Numbered from the stretch's first letter, positions 1 to 10,208 are shown. The stretch is DNA of 64,000 nucleotides from Oscillospiraceae bacterium (GCA_045598705.1 JAZLMM010000046.1:29073-93072), one strand, 5' to 3'. Notes: a model not told the origin generated them from the sequence alone. Numbers and translations are program-made.

Positions 1-578
1 ACCGGCCAACGCTGATAGAGCATGAGCGGAATCTCTTCGCCCTTGTCGGTCTTCAGTGTACCGATCGGGTCCTCTAACTTATATTCGCCACTCTTTAACG
101 ATGCGATCGTACCGCTCTGCGTAGGCGGGATCAGAATCTTGTGCTTAACGGTCTCACTCTCTTGAACGATACCGATGCAGTCACCACCGATGACGACATC
201 GCCCTCGCTCTTGGTGGCTTCGAACTTCCAGACGGTCTCACGAGAGAGGGAAGGAACTTCAATACCACGGGAGAGGTTGTTACCGATCTTTGCCATGATG
301 GACTCCAGCGGACGCTGAATACCATCGAAAATACCGCCGATGAGGCCAGGTCCCAATTCAACGGAAAGCGGAGCGCCTGTGGACTCAACCGGTTCGCCGG
401 CCTTCAGACCTGCGGTCTCCTCGTAAACCTGGATAGAAGCACGGTCACCGTGCATCTCGATAATCTCACCGATGAGACGTTCATTACTGACACGTACCAC
501 GTCGAAGAGGTTCGCATCACGCATCCCTTCTGCAATTACCAGTGGTCCGGAGACCTTAACGATCGATCCTTTGCTCAT
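1..578 (-). CDS. atpA: V-type ATP synthase catalytic subunit A, N-terminal part (gene runs off the left edge)
   Basis: Own translation of the minus strand from ATG 578-576 gives MSKGSIVKVSGPLVIAEGMRDANLFDVVRVSNERLIGEIIEMHGDRASIQVYEETAGLKAGEPV... The frame is open to the window edge, so it is absent from the ORF track. It follows subunit F in ntp-type order. The plus-strand ORF 141-710 is its shadow. Confidence 0.85.
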   Translation of the reverse strand, partial: MSKGSIVKVSGPLVIAEGMRDANLFDVVRVSNERLIGEIIEMHGDRASIQVYEETAGLKAGEPVESTGAPLSVELGPGLIGGIFDGIQRPLESIMAKIGNNLSRGIEVPSLSRETVWKFEATKSEGDVVIGGDCIGIVQESETVKHKILIPPTQSGTIASLKSGEYKLEDPIGTLKTDKGEEIPLMLYQRWP

Positions 579-603
579 GTTCTTACGCTCCTTCTAAAGT
601 TGC

Positions 604-921
604 TTATTGATCTTTCAAAATATCGCTGCCGACAGCCTTCTCCACAGACTTGGAAATGGCCTTCATGCCCATTCCTTCGTTGCCGGTCACACCCGGAATC
701 GGGAGAATGACGGGAAGAGGTCTGTCGCTATATTTGTCGATTTCTGCTTCCAGTTGCTTGGCCAGTGACTCGGTAATCAGGATGACGGCGTATTCGCCCT
801 CGGCCAAATTATGCAAAGTGGTAGCCGGATTATCCATGCGGTCCAGCGGGAAGATATCCAGACCGATGGAGGAGAAACCGTATATACTGTCTCGGTCACC
901 CATTGCGGCAATCTTATTCAT
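604..921 (-). CDS. atpF: V-type ATP synthase subunit F
   Basis: 105 aa, MNKIAAMGDRDSIYGFSSIGLDIFP... Size and position between subunits C and A are typical. It overlaps the stop of the upstream gene by 8 nt. Confidence 0.85.
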   Translation of the reverse strand: MNKIAAMGDRDSIYGFSSIGLDIFPLDRMDNPATTLHNLAEGEYAVILITESLAKQLEAEIDKYSDRPLPVILPIPGVTGNEGMGMKAISKSVEKAVGSDILKDQ

Positions 922-1894
922 ACAGCCTCCTTACACGACTCGCGACCATCTCGATCGGCAGATTGTTCTGCTTGGCAGACAGGATGATGCGCGCATTCTT
1001 CACTTCAGCTTCTTTTCCAAGATAGAAACCAATCAATGGTTCCGGTCCCAATGGACTATTCTTCGTAGCCAGCAGACGGGAGACCATCTCATCGTCTACC
1101 CACTTCTCAAACTCCGACGGGGAGGAGGACAAGAATTTCGTCCCCGCACTATATGGAGTGGTAGCAAGGTAACTCAGTAGATCGTCGATTTTGCCGCCGG
1201 CGAAAGAAATCAGTTTCTCACAACTTACGGTCTTGCATTGATTGCTCAATGCTTTCTCAAGCCAGCTACTATCTTTGCCGGTTCGGATTGCACGGAATGC
1301 CGTCTTGATATTGGTCGTGGCAGTGAAGATCTCCATCTCTTCAATGAGAAGTGGAATCTTTGTCTTTCCTGCCATGATCTGAATCTCATCAAGACACTTG
1401 CGGTCCACCATGACGTCAGCGGTCTGACCATCCTGGGTACGCACGAGCACATCGTAGACTTCCTCTGCCAAATTGGCGAAAGGTGCTGGGAGCATGTCGA
1501 ATTTATTGGTCTCGATGGCTTCCTTCAGCATCGTCTGATCCAGCGTGCCAGGTGAGATGAAGTGAAGATCGACGTCAAAATCACTTAGCAAGCTCTTGAT
1601 GCCGGCCTTGAGATTGTGGTAGTCGTTCTTTCGAATCAGACAGTCGAACAGGGTCGGGTCCGGTGCAGATTCAAGAATCCAACTCCAGGCACGGGTCATC
1701 TCTAGATCCAGAATCTTACCGATATCACGGCTGTCATCCGGCATGGTCCATCCATGTTCCGACAGCACAGCTACCGCGGCCTCGTAGGACGGGGCAGTGA
1801 GAAGCTTGTCAATGTCAGACTTTCTTAGGAAACTCTTCTCATAGACATGGGCGCCGGAAACGGAGTAGGCGTATTTTGAGAGACTCTGACTCAT
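914..1894 (-). CDS. atpC: V-type ATP synthase subunit C (d-like)
   Basis: 326 aa. Size and operon position (E-C-F-A) match bacterial NtpC-type subunits. Confidence 0.8.
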   Translation of the reverse strand: MSQSLSKYAYSVSGAHVYEKSFLRKSDIDKLLTAPSYEAAVAVLSEHGWTMPDDSRDIGKILDLEMTRAWSWILESAPDPTLFDCLIRKNDYHNLKAGIKSLLSDFDVDLHFISPGTLDQTMLKEAIETNKFDMLPAPFANLAEEVYDVLVRTQDGQTADVMVDRKCLDEIQIMAGKTKIPLLIEEMEIFTATTNIKTAFRAIRTGKDSSWLEKALSNQCKTVSCEKLISFAGGKIDDLLSYLATTPYSAGTKFLSSSPSEFEKWVDDEMVSRLLATKNSPLGPEPLIGFYLGKEAEVKNARIILSAKQNNLPIEMVASRVRRLYE

Positions 1895-1919
1895 GTTCTT
1901 GTGTCAATTCACTTTCTAA

Positions 1920-2510
1920 TTATTTCTTTGCGAAAAGCACTGTGTTCACAGCATCGCGGATAGCGTCACTATGGTCGTCCGCCAATGCATCGAGTGTGCC
2001 GTTATATTCGCAGTCTTCGCAGATAAGGATACAACCGCAATCGAAATCACCTGACTTGTCAGCGAGGGTAATGGTCGATCCGGTCCTATTGGAAAGATCC
2101 GAGAGGAAGGAGGCAGGAAGTGCATCCTTGTCCTGCTTGGAAAGGATCAACTCGCCGTCTGCACCTTCGCAGTTCGATGCCACAAAATCAGCAACCATCG
2201 ACAGACGTTCTTCGATCGGAAGGGAACGAATGCGGTTCTTGGCTTCTTCAACGATTTCGTTGATCATGGCCACACGCTCTTCAAGAATCCTTCTTTGTGA
2301 ACGCGTATTCAGTGAAGCGCGATTCTGAATGTTCTGGGCATCAATGACAGCTTGGGCGTCAGATAGCATCTTCGCTTCTTCTTCCTTCGCCTGCTCTTGC
2401 TTCTTCGATATCAGCTTCGCTGCATCGGATTCAGCACGAGCCACACGTGCATCAGCACTTTCTCTCGCTTCTTTCTCAATTCGCTCGATGATGGAATCTA
2501 TACCAGCCAT
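1920..2510 (-). CDS. atpE: V-type ATP synthase subunit E
   Basis: 196 aa with a charged coiled-coil N-terminus (IERIEKEARESADARVARAESDAAKL...) and a globular C-terminus. Operon position fits. Confidence 0.8.
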   Translation of the reverse strand: MAGIDSIIERIEKEARESADARVARAESDAAKLISKKQEQAKEEEAKMLSDAQAVIDAQNIQNRASLNTRSQRRILEERVAMINEIVEEAKNRIRSLPIEERLSMVADFVASNCEGADGELILSKQDKDALPASFLSDLSNRTGSTITLADKSGDFDCGCILICEDCEYNGTLDALADDHSDAIRDAVNTVLFAKK

Positions 2511-2539
2511 ATCTGCTCCTTATATTACTGTTTAAGATA

Positions 2540-3019
2540 TTACAGCTTGAGGCTGCCTACGTTCATAACCATCAGAAGAGAAGTAACCAGACTCAAAAGA
2601 GCATAGAGCTCAACGAGAGAAGCAGAGGTAACTGCCTTACCAGAATCCTGAGGTCTCTTGGAAATGAGGTTTACACCTGTAAGTGCAACGCGAGCCTGGA
2701 ACAAAGCGGAGATGAGACCGCCGATTGCCATTGGCAGGCAAGCGAGGAGATAGAGAAGACCTGTAGAAGTAGAAGTAACAGGATTTCCTCCGAGAATACC
2801 GATCTGTGTCAGTGTCAGGATCGCGATAACCAGACCATACAGTCCCTGAGAACCAGGAAGCAGCATGAGGATCAGCAACTTACTGAATTTGCTGGAATCT
2901 TCTGCGATGACCGGAGAGGATGCCTCGGCCACCATTCCTACACCTTTGGATGAGCCGATACAATTCGTTGTAACTGCCAATCCAGCTCCTAATAATGCTA
3001 GTAACATACCCCAGTTCAT
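2540..3019 (-). CDS. atpK: V-type ATP synthase proteolipid subunit K (16-kDa, 4 TM)
   Basis: 159 aa hydrophobic protein. The motifs LLPGSQGLYG, FQARVA and LVELYA align with Enterococcus hirae NtpK as I recall it. Confidence 0.9.
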   Translation of the reverse strand: MNWGMLLALLGAGLAVTTNCIGSSKGVGMVAEASSPVIAEDSSKFSKLLILMLLPGSQGLYGLVIAILTLTQIGILGGNPVTSTSTGLLYLLACLPMAIGGLISALFQARVALTGVNLISKRPQDSGKAVTSASLVELYALLSLVTSLLMVMNVGSLKL

Positions 3020-5089
3020 TTAATTGTCCTCCTTAATTTTGAAGTGTTTGGTGTTACCAGTAAAGGGGTGGAACATCGTTCCGCCACCTTCGTAGAATTT
3101 TGCGAAAAATTCTACATACTGAAGTCTATTAACATGGACATATGCGCCGAGCGCGCTGATGCCCAGATTAATCGCATGGAAGAACAGGAAGATTGGGATG
3201 AAGAATAGAAGCTTCCAGACTCCTGTTCCGAAGAGTGTACCAATCATATTGGCAACACTACCGATGATACCTGTTACCAGACCCAGAGCCATGAGTCGGG
3301 AATAGGAAAGAAGATCACTGAAATAACCGGTGACGCCGTAGATGGATCCTACACCGCCAATGGCTTTGCCGACAATTCCCTTCGAATTTCTGCCACCGGT
3401 AAGAAGAAGTCCGGCGACACCTGCAATGGCCACCCACTTACCTATCTCTGCAATCGGGCAGGAATCCGGGATAGATACACCTGCGAGCATCGGCAGCAGC
3501 ATCGGAAGTACGATCATGGCAACACCGCCGAAAGCTACATACCAGAAGCCGACATCACAGAGGGCGCCGACCTTATCGCCGTTCTTCCACATCTTGTAGA
3601 AGTTGGCGCCTAGACCCACCAGGATGTGTACAAAACCGAGTACAAAGCTAAGAATGAGTAACTTCATCGGATCCTTACTCGGATCGAACCAGATTGGCGG
3701 GAGCCAACGGGAATCATCGAAGAAAGCAGTAGAGATGACGCCAATGAGGTCACCGAAGAAACTGCCGTAGATGAAGCCCCAGAATGTGGTGGCCAGACCA
3801 CAGTAGAAGAACTTCATCATATTCTTTCTATTATTGCCTTCCGGCTTGCGTTTCAGAAGTACGAAGAGTGTACCGATCATCAACAGAATGCCGTAGCCGG
3901 CATCGGAAAGCATCATACCGAAGAAGAAATAGTAGAAGAAGCTGGCAACCGGATTCGGGTCAATATCACCCTTGGTCGGTGCACTATAGGATTCCACAAT
4001 ATCTTCCATTGGCGCTACAAAAGCATTGTTCTTAAACTTGACCGGAACTTCTTCCTCTTCAAGTGGATCGCGAAGATCTACGAAGAGATCGAACTTCTCG
4101 TTCAAGGAATCTACGACCTGTTGACTGTCTTCTTCTGCAACGAAGCCATCTAAGATGAAGGTCTTGTTGGAGAAGAGGAGCTTACCCAGCATATCGTATT
4201 TCTCATGTCTCATGGACAGATAATCGGATAGGAAGTAAAGATCATCCAGATTATCTGCATAGTCGTGCAACTGTAGACGGGCATCCTCCACATTCATCTC
4301 CGCGTCTTTCATGCGCATGGTCAGACGGTCGATGCGCACTTGAGGTGCGTGCTTAGTAGGATCCGCCGGAGACACGAATGACATACGGCGGAATGTGGCC
4401 ATGACATCCTGATAATCTTTCTTATGAACTAAGAATGTTGCGCAAGTCTGGTCCGAAGCAGAAGAGACAATCTCTGTATAGAATTCGGGAATAGTCAATT
4501 CTTCCTGCTTAGCATCGGCATGGAGAACGGCTTCCGCTTCTTTCATGGCGGTATAGTTCTGGCAGAATGCGTCATAGAAAGATGACTCATTATAATTCTC
4601 AGGGAATTGACCCACGATACAGCAGGACTTCTCGGTTCCTTCAAACTGCATCGGAATATCGAGTTTCTCCCAAGGAAGAATCGCATCAAGCTGACGCTTG
4701 GCATGGATGCCGGCTGCTCTTTCGGAAGAGATCTTGCGGTCCAATGCTTCAATGTCATAGACGATCTTCATGGTCTCGTCAATCTTCTCGGAACGTGCTT
4801 CGAAATCTTCCAGTGAAAGTTCTTGGCGTCCGGCAAATCCAGACAGGAAAGGCTTCTTGACTTTCGAATATTCTTCGACCAAAGCAATGGCATGGTCTAC
4901 GGATGCAGAAGTCTTCTCCAGCTGGGTGAGACTGTTCTTAGAAGGGAAGAGTGATAGTTCTTCCGTCACATCTTCCTGATCTCTTTCTGTCACATCGACA
5001 GTACCAAAGCGTTGCAGAAGATCGACGATATTCTTTGCGTCTTTCTGCGAGGCGATGATCTCGATATGCTTCATGGGAAGAATGGCCAT
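3020..5089 (-). CDS. atpI: V-type ATP synthase subunit I (a-like stator/channel)
   Basis: 689 aa with a soluble N-terminal half and a polytopic C-terminal half. Its stop abuts the subunit K start. Confidence 0.9.
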   Translation of the reverse strand: MAILPMKHIEIIASQKDAKNIVDLLQRFGTVDVTERDQEDVTEELSLFPSKNSLTQLEKTSASVDHAIALVEEYSKVKKPFLSGFAGRQELSLEDFEARSEKIDETMKIVYDIEALDRKISSERAAGIHAKRQLDAILPWEKLDIPMQFEGTEKSCCIVGQFPENYNESSFYDAFCQNYTAMKEAEAVLHADAKQEELTIPEFYTEIVSSASDQTCATFLVHKKDYQDVMATFRRMSFVSPADPTKHAPQVRIDRLTMRMKDAEMNVEDARLQLHDYADNLDDLYFLSDYLSMRHEKYDMLGKLLFSNKTFILDGFVAEEDSQQVVDSLNEKFDLFVDLRDPLEEEEVPVKFKNNAFVAPMEDIVESYSAPTKGDIDPNPVASFFYYFFFGMMLSDAGYGILLMIGTLFVLLKRKPEGNNRKNMMKFFYCGLATTFWGFIYGSFFGDLIGVISTAFFDDSRWLPPIWFDPSKDPMKLLILSFVLGFVHILVGLGANFYKMWKNGDKVGALCDVGFWYVAFGGVAMIVLPMLLPMLAGVSIPDSCPIAEIGKWVAIAGVAGLLLTGGRNSKGIVGKAIGGVGSIYGVTGYFSDLLSYSRLMALGLVTGIIGSVANMIGTLFGTGVWKLLFFIPIFLFFHAINLGISALGAYVHVNRLQYVEFFAKFYEGGGTMFHPFTGNTKHFKIKEDN

Positions 5090-5095
5090 AGTGTC

Positions 5096-5410
5096 TTACC
5101 TTCCCATCAGAATATTCATAGCGACGGAGATGGCTTCGTCACGATTCGGTGCGGCCTCTTCGCGCATTTTCTTTGCGGCACTTTCTGCTTCGGAAACGCT
5201 GGCACTGTCCTCGTTGGATCCATCGGACTGATGCTTCTCATAAAGTTCGGCGACACGTTTCCTTGCGGAAGAAAGGGATTCCTGGTATTCGTTCTGCGCT
5301 TTCTTCTGTGCTTCTGCAAGAATAGCATCGGCCTTTGTTCTGCCTTCCATCTCTATCTCAGAAGCTTTCTTCTCTGCTTCAAGTATGCGATTCACTTGTT
5401 CTGAGGCCAT
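5096..5410 (-). CDS. V-type ATP synthase small peripheral-stalk subunit (G/H-like)
   Basis: Start trimmed to ATG 5410-5408 (MASEQVNRILEAEKKASEIE...), preceded by AAAGGA. About 104 aa, charged helix, first gene of the operon. Confidence 0.6.
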   Translation of the reverse strand: MASEQVNRILEAEKKASEIEMEGRTKADAILAEAQKKAQNEYQESLSSARKRVAELYEKHQSDGSNEDSASVSEAESAAKKMREEAAPNRDEAISVAMNILMGR

Positions 5411-5681
5411 AGTCGATCCTTTCCGAAAACCAAATTCCCACTTATTAACAATTACACCTATTTTCACATAAGAATGAATAGAAATCAAGTGCGAATTTGT
5501 GCAATGTGTTCAAATAATGATTATCATTTCCAATACTCGATTTCATCCGCCCCAGAACTTTACTTTTTCTTTATAATTGTTTAGTAATCGCTTGAAGAAT
5601 GATTTCTATAATGAGGAATGTTTGAGTGGGATTCAGTTCCCGTGAAGGGACGGGCATGAACAGGAAAAAGGAGTAATCATC

Positions 5682-6398
5682 ATGTTAAATATCTATCATC
5701 TTTCAAAGACATACCCAGGTGGCAAGGTTGGCGTACAAGACCTTACGCTCGAAGTGAAAGCGGGTGAAATCTATGGATTTATCGGTCACAACGGCGCAGG
5801 GAAGACGACAACGATCAAGGCAGTCGTCGGGCTTCACACATTCGATGAAGGTTCCATTACGATTGACGGGGTGTCTATCTTGGATGATCCGCTTCGTGCG
5901 AAGAACCTAACGGCCTATATCCCAGACAACCCGGAACTATACGATAATCTGACGGGTATGCAGTTTCTAAATTTCGTGGCGGATATTTTCCGAGTTTCCA
6001 AGAGCGAGCGACAGACACGCATTGAGAAATATGCAAACGAGTTAGAAATTGCGTCTGCTTTGAATGATCAGATTTCTTCCTATTCACATGGTATGAAGCA
6101 GAAACTGGCGATTATTGCAGCTTTCGTACATGAACCGAAGCTTCTTGTCATGGACGAACCTTTCGTAGGTCTTGATCCGAAGGCGGCTTTTATCGTGAAG
6201 AACATGATGAGAGAATTCTGTGATAAGGGCAATGCCATCTTCTTCTCCACTCATGTGCTGGAAGTGGCGGAGAAGCTCTGCGACAAGATTGCCATTATCA
6301 AGGACGGTCGTCTGATTGCGGCCGGCACCATGGAAGAGGTCAAGGGCAATGCTTCTTTGGAAGAAGTCTTCTTGGAAGTAACGGAGGAGGCTCACTAA
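5682..6398 (+). CDS. ABC transporter ATP-binding protein
   Basis: Walker A GHNGAGKTT, signature SHGMKQKL and Walker B LLVMDEP. RBS AAAGGAG. Confidence 0.9.
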   Translation: MLNIYHLSKTYPGGKVGVQDLTLEVKAGEIYGFIGHNGAGKTTTIKAVVGLHTFDEGSITIDGVSILDDPLRAKNLTAYIPDNPELYDNLTGMQFLNFVADIFRVSKSERQTRIEKYANELEIASALNDQISSYSHGMKQKLAIIAAFVHEPKLLVMDEPFVGLDPKAAFIVKNMMREFCDKGNAIFFSTHVLEVAEKLCDKIAIIKDGRLIAAGTMEEVKGNASLEEVFLEVTEEAH

Positions 6399-6399
6399 T

Positions 6400-8010
6400 A
6401 TGCGTACATTGGCGATTCTGCTCCGTACGAATTTCCTCTCCTTGGTGGGAAGTTTTCGTAAGAAGAGCAAGACAAGTATTGTAATTACAGCACTTCTGGT
6501 CGTACTCTTGGTGTTGTTCATCGTTGGCACATTTGCCGTGAGCGGTGGATCTACCACAATCCTTCTTGTAGACAAAAATCTAGGTGAATATAGTGTCTTT
6601 GTCTCCATAGTCATCAGTCTGGTGATTGCATTAATGTTTGGCGTGGCAAATTCGACGCGAGATGCGCGCGGTAACGATACGGACATGTTGCTAGCTATGC
6701 CGATTCCCAGAAGTAGCATCGTGCTTTCCAAACTTCTGGGCATGTATCTGTTGGATGTAGCATGCTCCTTGGTGATGCTTCTGCCGACATACGTTATTCT
6801 TTATGTAAAAGCTGGTCAGTCAGGAGCGATGGTTGCTAGAGGTCTTCTAATCGCGATGCTGCTTCCCGCGATTCCACTCTTTGCATCACTCGTAATCGGC
6901 GCGGGAATCGCGTACCTGAAGAAAACGACGAAGTTCGGTCAGATACTGTCTTCTCTCGTATTCATACTTGTGTGGCTTCTCTATATGTTCGTCATGCCAC
7001 GCTTGACTTCTTTTGCAGAGAACTTAGATCTTTCGCCGGCTGAATCGATTACCAAAATGAAGAAGTTCGGCCCACTCTACTGGTTTACCGAAGCAATTTA
7101 TAGCGGTAATTGGAAGTATCTCATCCTTACACTCCTTCTTACATTGATCCCGCTTGCAATTGCGGTTATGATCCATTCGCGTGGACTGAATGCTGTGAAT
7201 TATCACGCAGATCATTCCAAGAAAGCGCGCAAATACGAGACAAGTTCCGTTCGCATGGCGACACTGAAGATGGAGCTTCGCCGCTACCTCTCTTCGACCA
7301 ACTACGTAATGAATACGATACTTGGTACGATGATTCTTCTTGTGGTGACTGTTCTAATCGTAATTAAGGGACGAGGATTCATCAATTCCCTAGGTACGAT
7401 AGAGATGAATGGTGAAGTAAGACAGATCTCTGAGTATTTATCTGGATCGATGATTGCCGCATTACTTGCAGCATTGATCAACTTCTTTGCCGTGATGACG
7501 ATTACGACCACACCATCCGTGTCAATCGAAGGAAAACGTATCTGGATTTCTAAGACGTTGCCGGTTGAGACAAAATACCTTCTGGATGCCAAGATTATCG
7601 TCAGCTTGTTGATCTATCAGCCGATTTCTATTCTGAGCTGCATAATTATATCTATTGCAATGAGACTTGGTGTTCTGCCATGTATTGTGATGATTCTGAT
7701 CACTTCTTCATTCCAACTTCTTACGTCGCTGATTGGTCTGATTTTCGGGCTGGTGTATGTGCGCCTGGATTGGACCAATGATGCACAGATAGTAAAGAGC
7801 GGTATCGGTATGTTCTTCACACTTGTTGTGAACTTCCTGCTTTCTATCCCAGCGTTGATTGTGGCGATCATCGCAATTATAGCGGAACATGATTGGATTA
7901 CTTACGCACTCTGTGCAGGCGTAATCGTATTCTATGCAGGACTATGTGTGGGTGCATATGCTATAATTACTCACTATGGGGTGAGAAAATTCGAATCGTT
8001 GAACGGTTGA
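6400..8010 (+). CDS. Putative ABC exporter permease (large polytopic, ABC-2/ABC_export-like)
   Basis: 536 aa with many TM segments. It starts 1 nt after the ATPase stop, with RBS AGGAGG. Confidence 0.7.
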   Translation: MRTLAILLRTNFLSLVGSFRKKSKTSIVITALLVVLLVLFIVGTFAVSGGSTTILLVDKNLGEYSVFVSIVISLVIALMFGVANSTRDARGNDTDMLLAMPIPRSSIVLSKLLGMYLLDVACSLVMLLPTYVILYVKAGQSGAMVARGLLIAMLLPAIPLFASLVIGAGIAYLKKTTKFGQILSSLVFILVWLLYMFVMPRLTSFAENLDLSPAESITKMKKFGPLYWFTEAIYSGNWKYLILTLLLTLIPLAIAVMIHSRGLNAVNYHADHSKKARKYETSSVRMATLKMELRRYLSSTNYVMNTILGTMILLVVTVLIVIKGRGFINSLGTIEMNGEVRQISEYLSGSMIAALLAALINFFAVMTITTTPSVSIEGKRIWISKTLPVETKYLLDAKIIVSLLIYQPISILSCIIISIAMRLGVLPCIVMILITSSFQLLTSLIGLIFGLVYVRLDWTNDAQIVKSGIGMFFTLVVNFLLSIPALIVAIIAIIAEHDWITYALCAGVIVFYAGLCVGAYAIITHYGVRKFESLNG

Positions 8011-8738
8011 TGGAAGATAAGCCCCTGATTAAAGGAGCGATTAAGATGGACCTTTTTCATCGATCACAGGAGACGCCACGTCGGACACTTACGTGGATCA
8101 AGCCATTCGACAGTCGAATGGATGAGATTACGCGGCTCTCGGAGAAGGCAGAGTCCTGTCCCAAAGAGATGAAGAAGGTCTTTCTGTCTGCGTGGCAGGA
8201 ATTGGCAAGCCAGATTAAGATCCATCAGAAACTAGCTGCAAAGATCATTGCGACCGACCTCCCTCTGAAAGTGTATTACAACTTGGTTCTCAATACGGAT
8301 CTCGGCGGTGGAACTGTAGATTTCCTAATCATTTCCGATGAATATGTCATCATTATTATGGTAAAGAAAGCAGAGCATTTCGAATGGGATCGGTATGACA
8401 CGCGATTCTCTCGCGCGCCGTCCGGCGTAGATATGCGTTCTGTAGAGAATGCAGCTGGTCTGGTAGCCGAGTGGCTACTGGATGCAAAGGCTCTGCCAAA
8501 GAAAGATCTGGTTCGCGTGATCCCGCTCTTGGTCGATGAGGAGGCGCCGGAGGATTGTGGGAAGAAATTCCCTACCGGAAGAAGTCTGTTGTTTCCGGAT
8601 ATTCGTCCGTGCATGATGGTGTCAGTGGAGAAATTCGATGAATGGCTGCTGACCAATTGTGCAGTATACGATTCCCGAAGCCTGAATGAGAAACGTCAAA
8701 GTCGAATTATCGAAGCACTAGATAGTATGCCACGATGA
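8010..8738 (+). CDS. Hypothetical protein with a NERD / PD-(D/E)xK-like core
   Basis: ATG 8010 overlaps the permease stop (TGATG); an alternative start is ATG 8046. GGGTVDFLIISDEYVIIIMVKK resembles the NERD core (D...hhhhhhE/xK), but the acidic residue before K is Val. Confidence 0.5.
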   Translation: MEDKPLIKGAIKMDLFHRSQETPRRTLTWIKPFDSRMDEITRLSEKAESCPKEMKKVFLSAWQELASQIKIHQKLAAKIIATDLPLKVYYNLVLNTDLGGGTVDFLIISDEYVIIIMVKKAEHFEWDRYDTRFSRAPSGVDMRSVENAAGLVAEWLLDAKALPKKDLVRVIPLLVDEEAPEDCGKKFPTGRSLLFPDIRPCMMVSVEKFDEWLLTNCAVYDSRSLNEKRQSRIIEALDSMPR

Positions 8739-8741
8739 CTC

Positions 8742-8769
8742 CTGCCCAATACTGGGCAGAAGTGCTTTT
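8742..8769 (+). terminator. Weak rho-independent terminator
   Basis: CTGCCCA-atac-TGGGCAG followed by AAGTGCTTTT. Confidence 0.4.
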
Positions 8770-8973
8770 GCACAGTAAATATCAAATATTCCCACATAAA
8801 TAGTCCTTCAGTTTACAGATTAGACATAGATTGTACGTATCTTCGTCTTTTTGTTTTTGATATTTCCGATGATTATTCAATTTTTCATTTGATAATTAAG
8901 ACAAGAAGTTGCTTTAGCTACTTCAAAATGGATAGAGGAAATGGAATAAATCGACCCGAGAGGGGGGATAAGG

Positions 8974-10005
8974 ATGACTAAATACTTGGTTACTGGCGCA
9001 ACTGGCCAAATCGGAAATACAATCGTTCGAATGTTACTGGATAATGGTAAAGATGTTCGTGTTCTGGTTCATCCAGAGGAAGATACTACCCCATTGGCAG
9101 GACTTCCAGTGGAGGTTCGATATGGCGACATTCTTGTGAAAGACTCTATGAAAGATTTCTTTGATCTTGAGAATCCACGAGAAGCGATTCTGATTCATGC
9201 ACAGGAAAGAAACGTAATATCAGAGAAGCAGGACTTGATGGTCCGTAGAATCAACGTGCATGGCACCATGAATGTTACTGATACATGCGTGAAGAAGAAA
9301 ATTGGAAAACTAATCTATATCGGTTCTGCTCGAGCAATCCCACTGAATCCTACAAGTCATGAGCCGGTCAAGGATGTCTCGCATTTTGATCGCAACAAAG
9401 TTATAGGCGATTATGCGAAGTCCAAAGCTGAGGCGACGCAATACATTCTCGATAAGGTCTCTCTGAACAGCCTGAACGCAGTGATCCTCCTCCCGTCTTT
9501 GGTACTAGGACCTTTCGAGTACGGCAATTCTGATGTCGTCAGTCTGATTCGTGCATACCTGTCCGGTGACTTGAAGGTCTCTATTCCGGGCGGCGTAGAT
9601 TTTACCGATGTCCGTGATGTAGCATCTGGTGTTCTGCAAGCTGCAGAACGAAGTGAGAAGGGCACATGCTACATTCTCTCCAACACTTATGTCAGTACAC
9701 AGGATTTCCTGCATAGTCTGCATGAGATCACCGGACGCGACGAAGTAACGAAGACTGTTCCGAACTTCATGCTGAACGACAAGGGCATCATGAAGCTCTA
9801 CTACAAGATCACGAAGAAAGAGAATCCGAAACACAAGTATGGTCCTTTCACCTCACCGGAACCGCTATATCGTAGTGAACGAGCGGAAGAAGAACTTGAC
9901 TATGCGCCGAGAGATTTGAAATCTTCGCTTCAGGATACCATCGACTGGGTGGAGAACAACGAGCCCATCGAGATTATGCCTGAGAAGAAGAAAAAGGCAC
10001 AATAA
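8974..10005 (+). CDS. NAD-dependent epimerase/dehydratase (extended SDR) family protein
   Basis: N-terminal Rossmann motif TGATGQIGN, and YAKSK (YxxxK). RBS GAGGGGGG. Confidence 0.8.
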   Translation: MTKYLVTGATGQIGNTIVRMLLDNGKDVRVLVHPEEDTTPLAGLPVEVRYGDILVKDSMKDFFDLENPREAILIHAQERNVISEKQDLMVRRINVHGTMNVTDTCVKKKIGKLIYIGSARAIPLNPTSHEPVKDVSHFDRNKVIGDYAKSKAEATQYILDKVSLNSLNAVILLPSLVLGPFEYGNSDVVSLIRAYLSGDLKVSIPGGVDFTDVRDVASGVLQAAERSEKGTCYILSNTYVSTQDFLHSLHEITGRDEVTKTVPNFMLNDKGIMKLYYKITKKENPKHKYGPFTSPEPLYRSERAEEELDYAPRDLKSSLQDTIDWVENNEPIEIMPEKKKKAQ

Positions 10006-10099
10006 GTTGAAAGAAGCGTAGAAAACAACAAGGAGTTTCCCTAAAGATAAACTAATCATACATACACCCCAATAGAAATCCTCTACTTCCTTGTTCCAC

Positions 10100-10141
10100 G
10101 AAGGCTGCATCACATCATCCCCGATGCAGCCTTCTTTTTTT
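10100..10141 (+). terminator. Rho-independent terminator
   Basis: 12-bp perfect stem GAAGGCTGCATC / GATGCAGCCTTC followed by a T7 run. Confidence 0.85.
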
Positions 10142-10208
10142 CTATAATTGTGGTATATTATATGTGCTGAAGAAGCGCCTGAATTCAATTGTAAAGGAAG
10201 TGTCTACT

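Noticed and set aside
141-710. 189-aa plus-strand ORF at the left edge.
   Set aside because: It lies antisense to a clean V-ATPase subunit A reading frame (1-578, minus strand). Its low-complexity sequence has no RBS and no recognisable motifs, so it is a shadow ORF.
5411-5681. Possible riboswitch or leader in the divergent V-ATPase/ABC intergenic region (small hairpin CCCGT-gaagg-ACGGG near 5638-5655).
   Set aside because: Only a 5-bp stem is present, and it resembles no riboswitch class I know. It is most likely just two divergent promoters.
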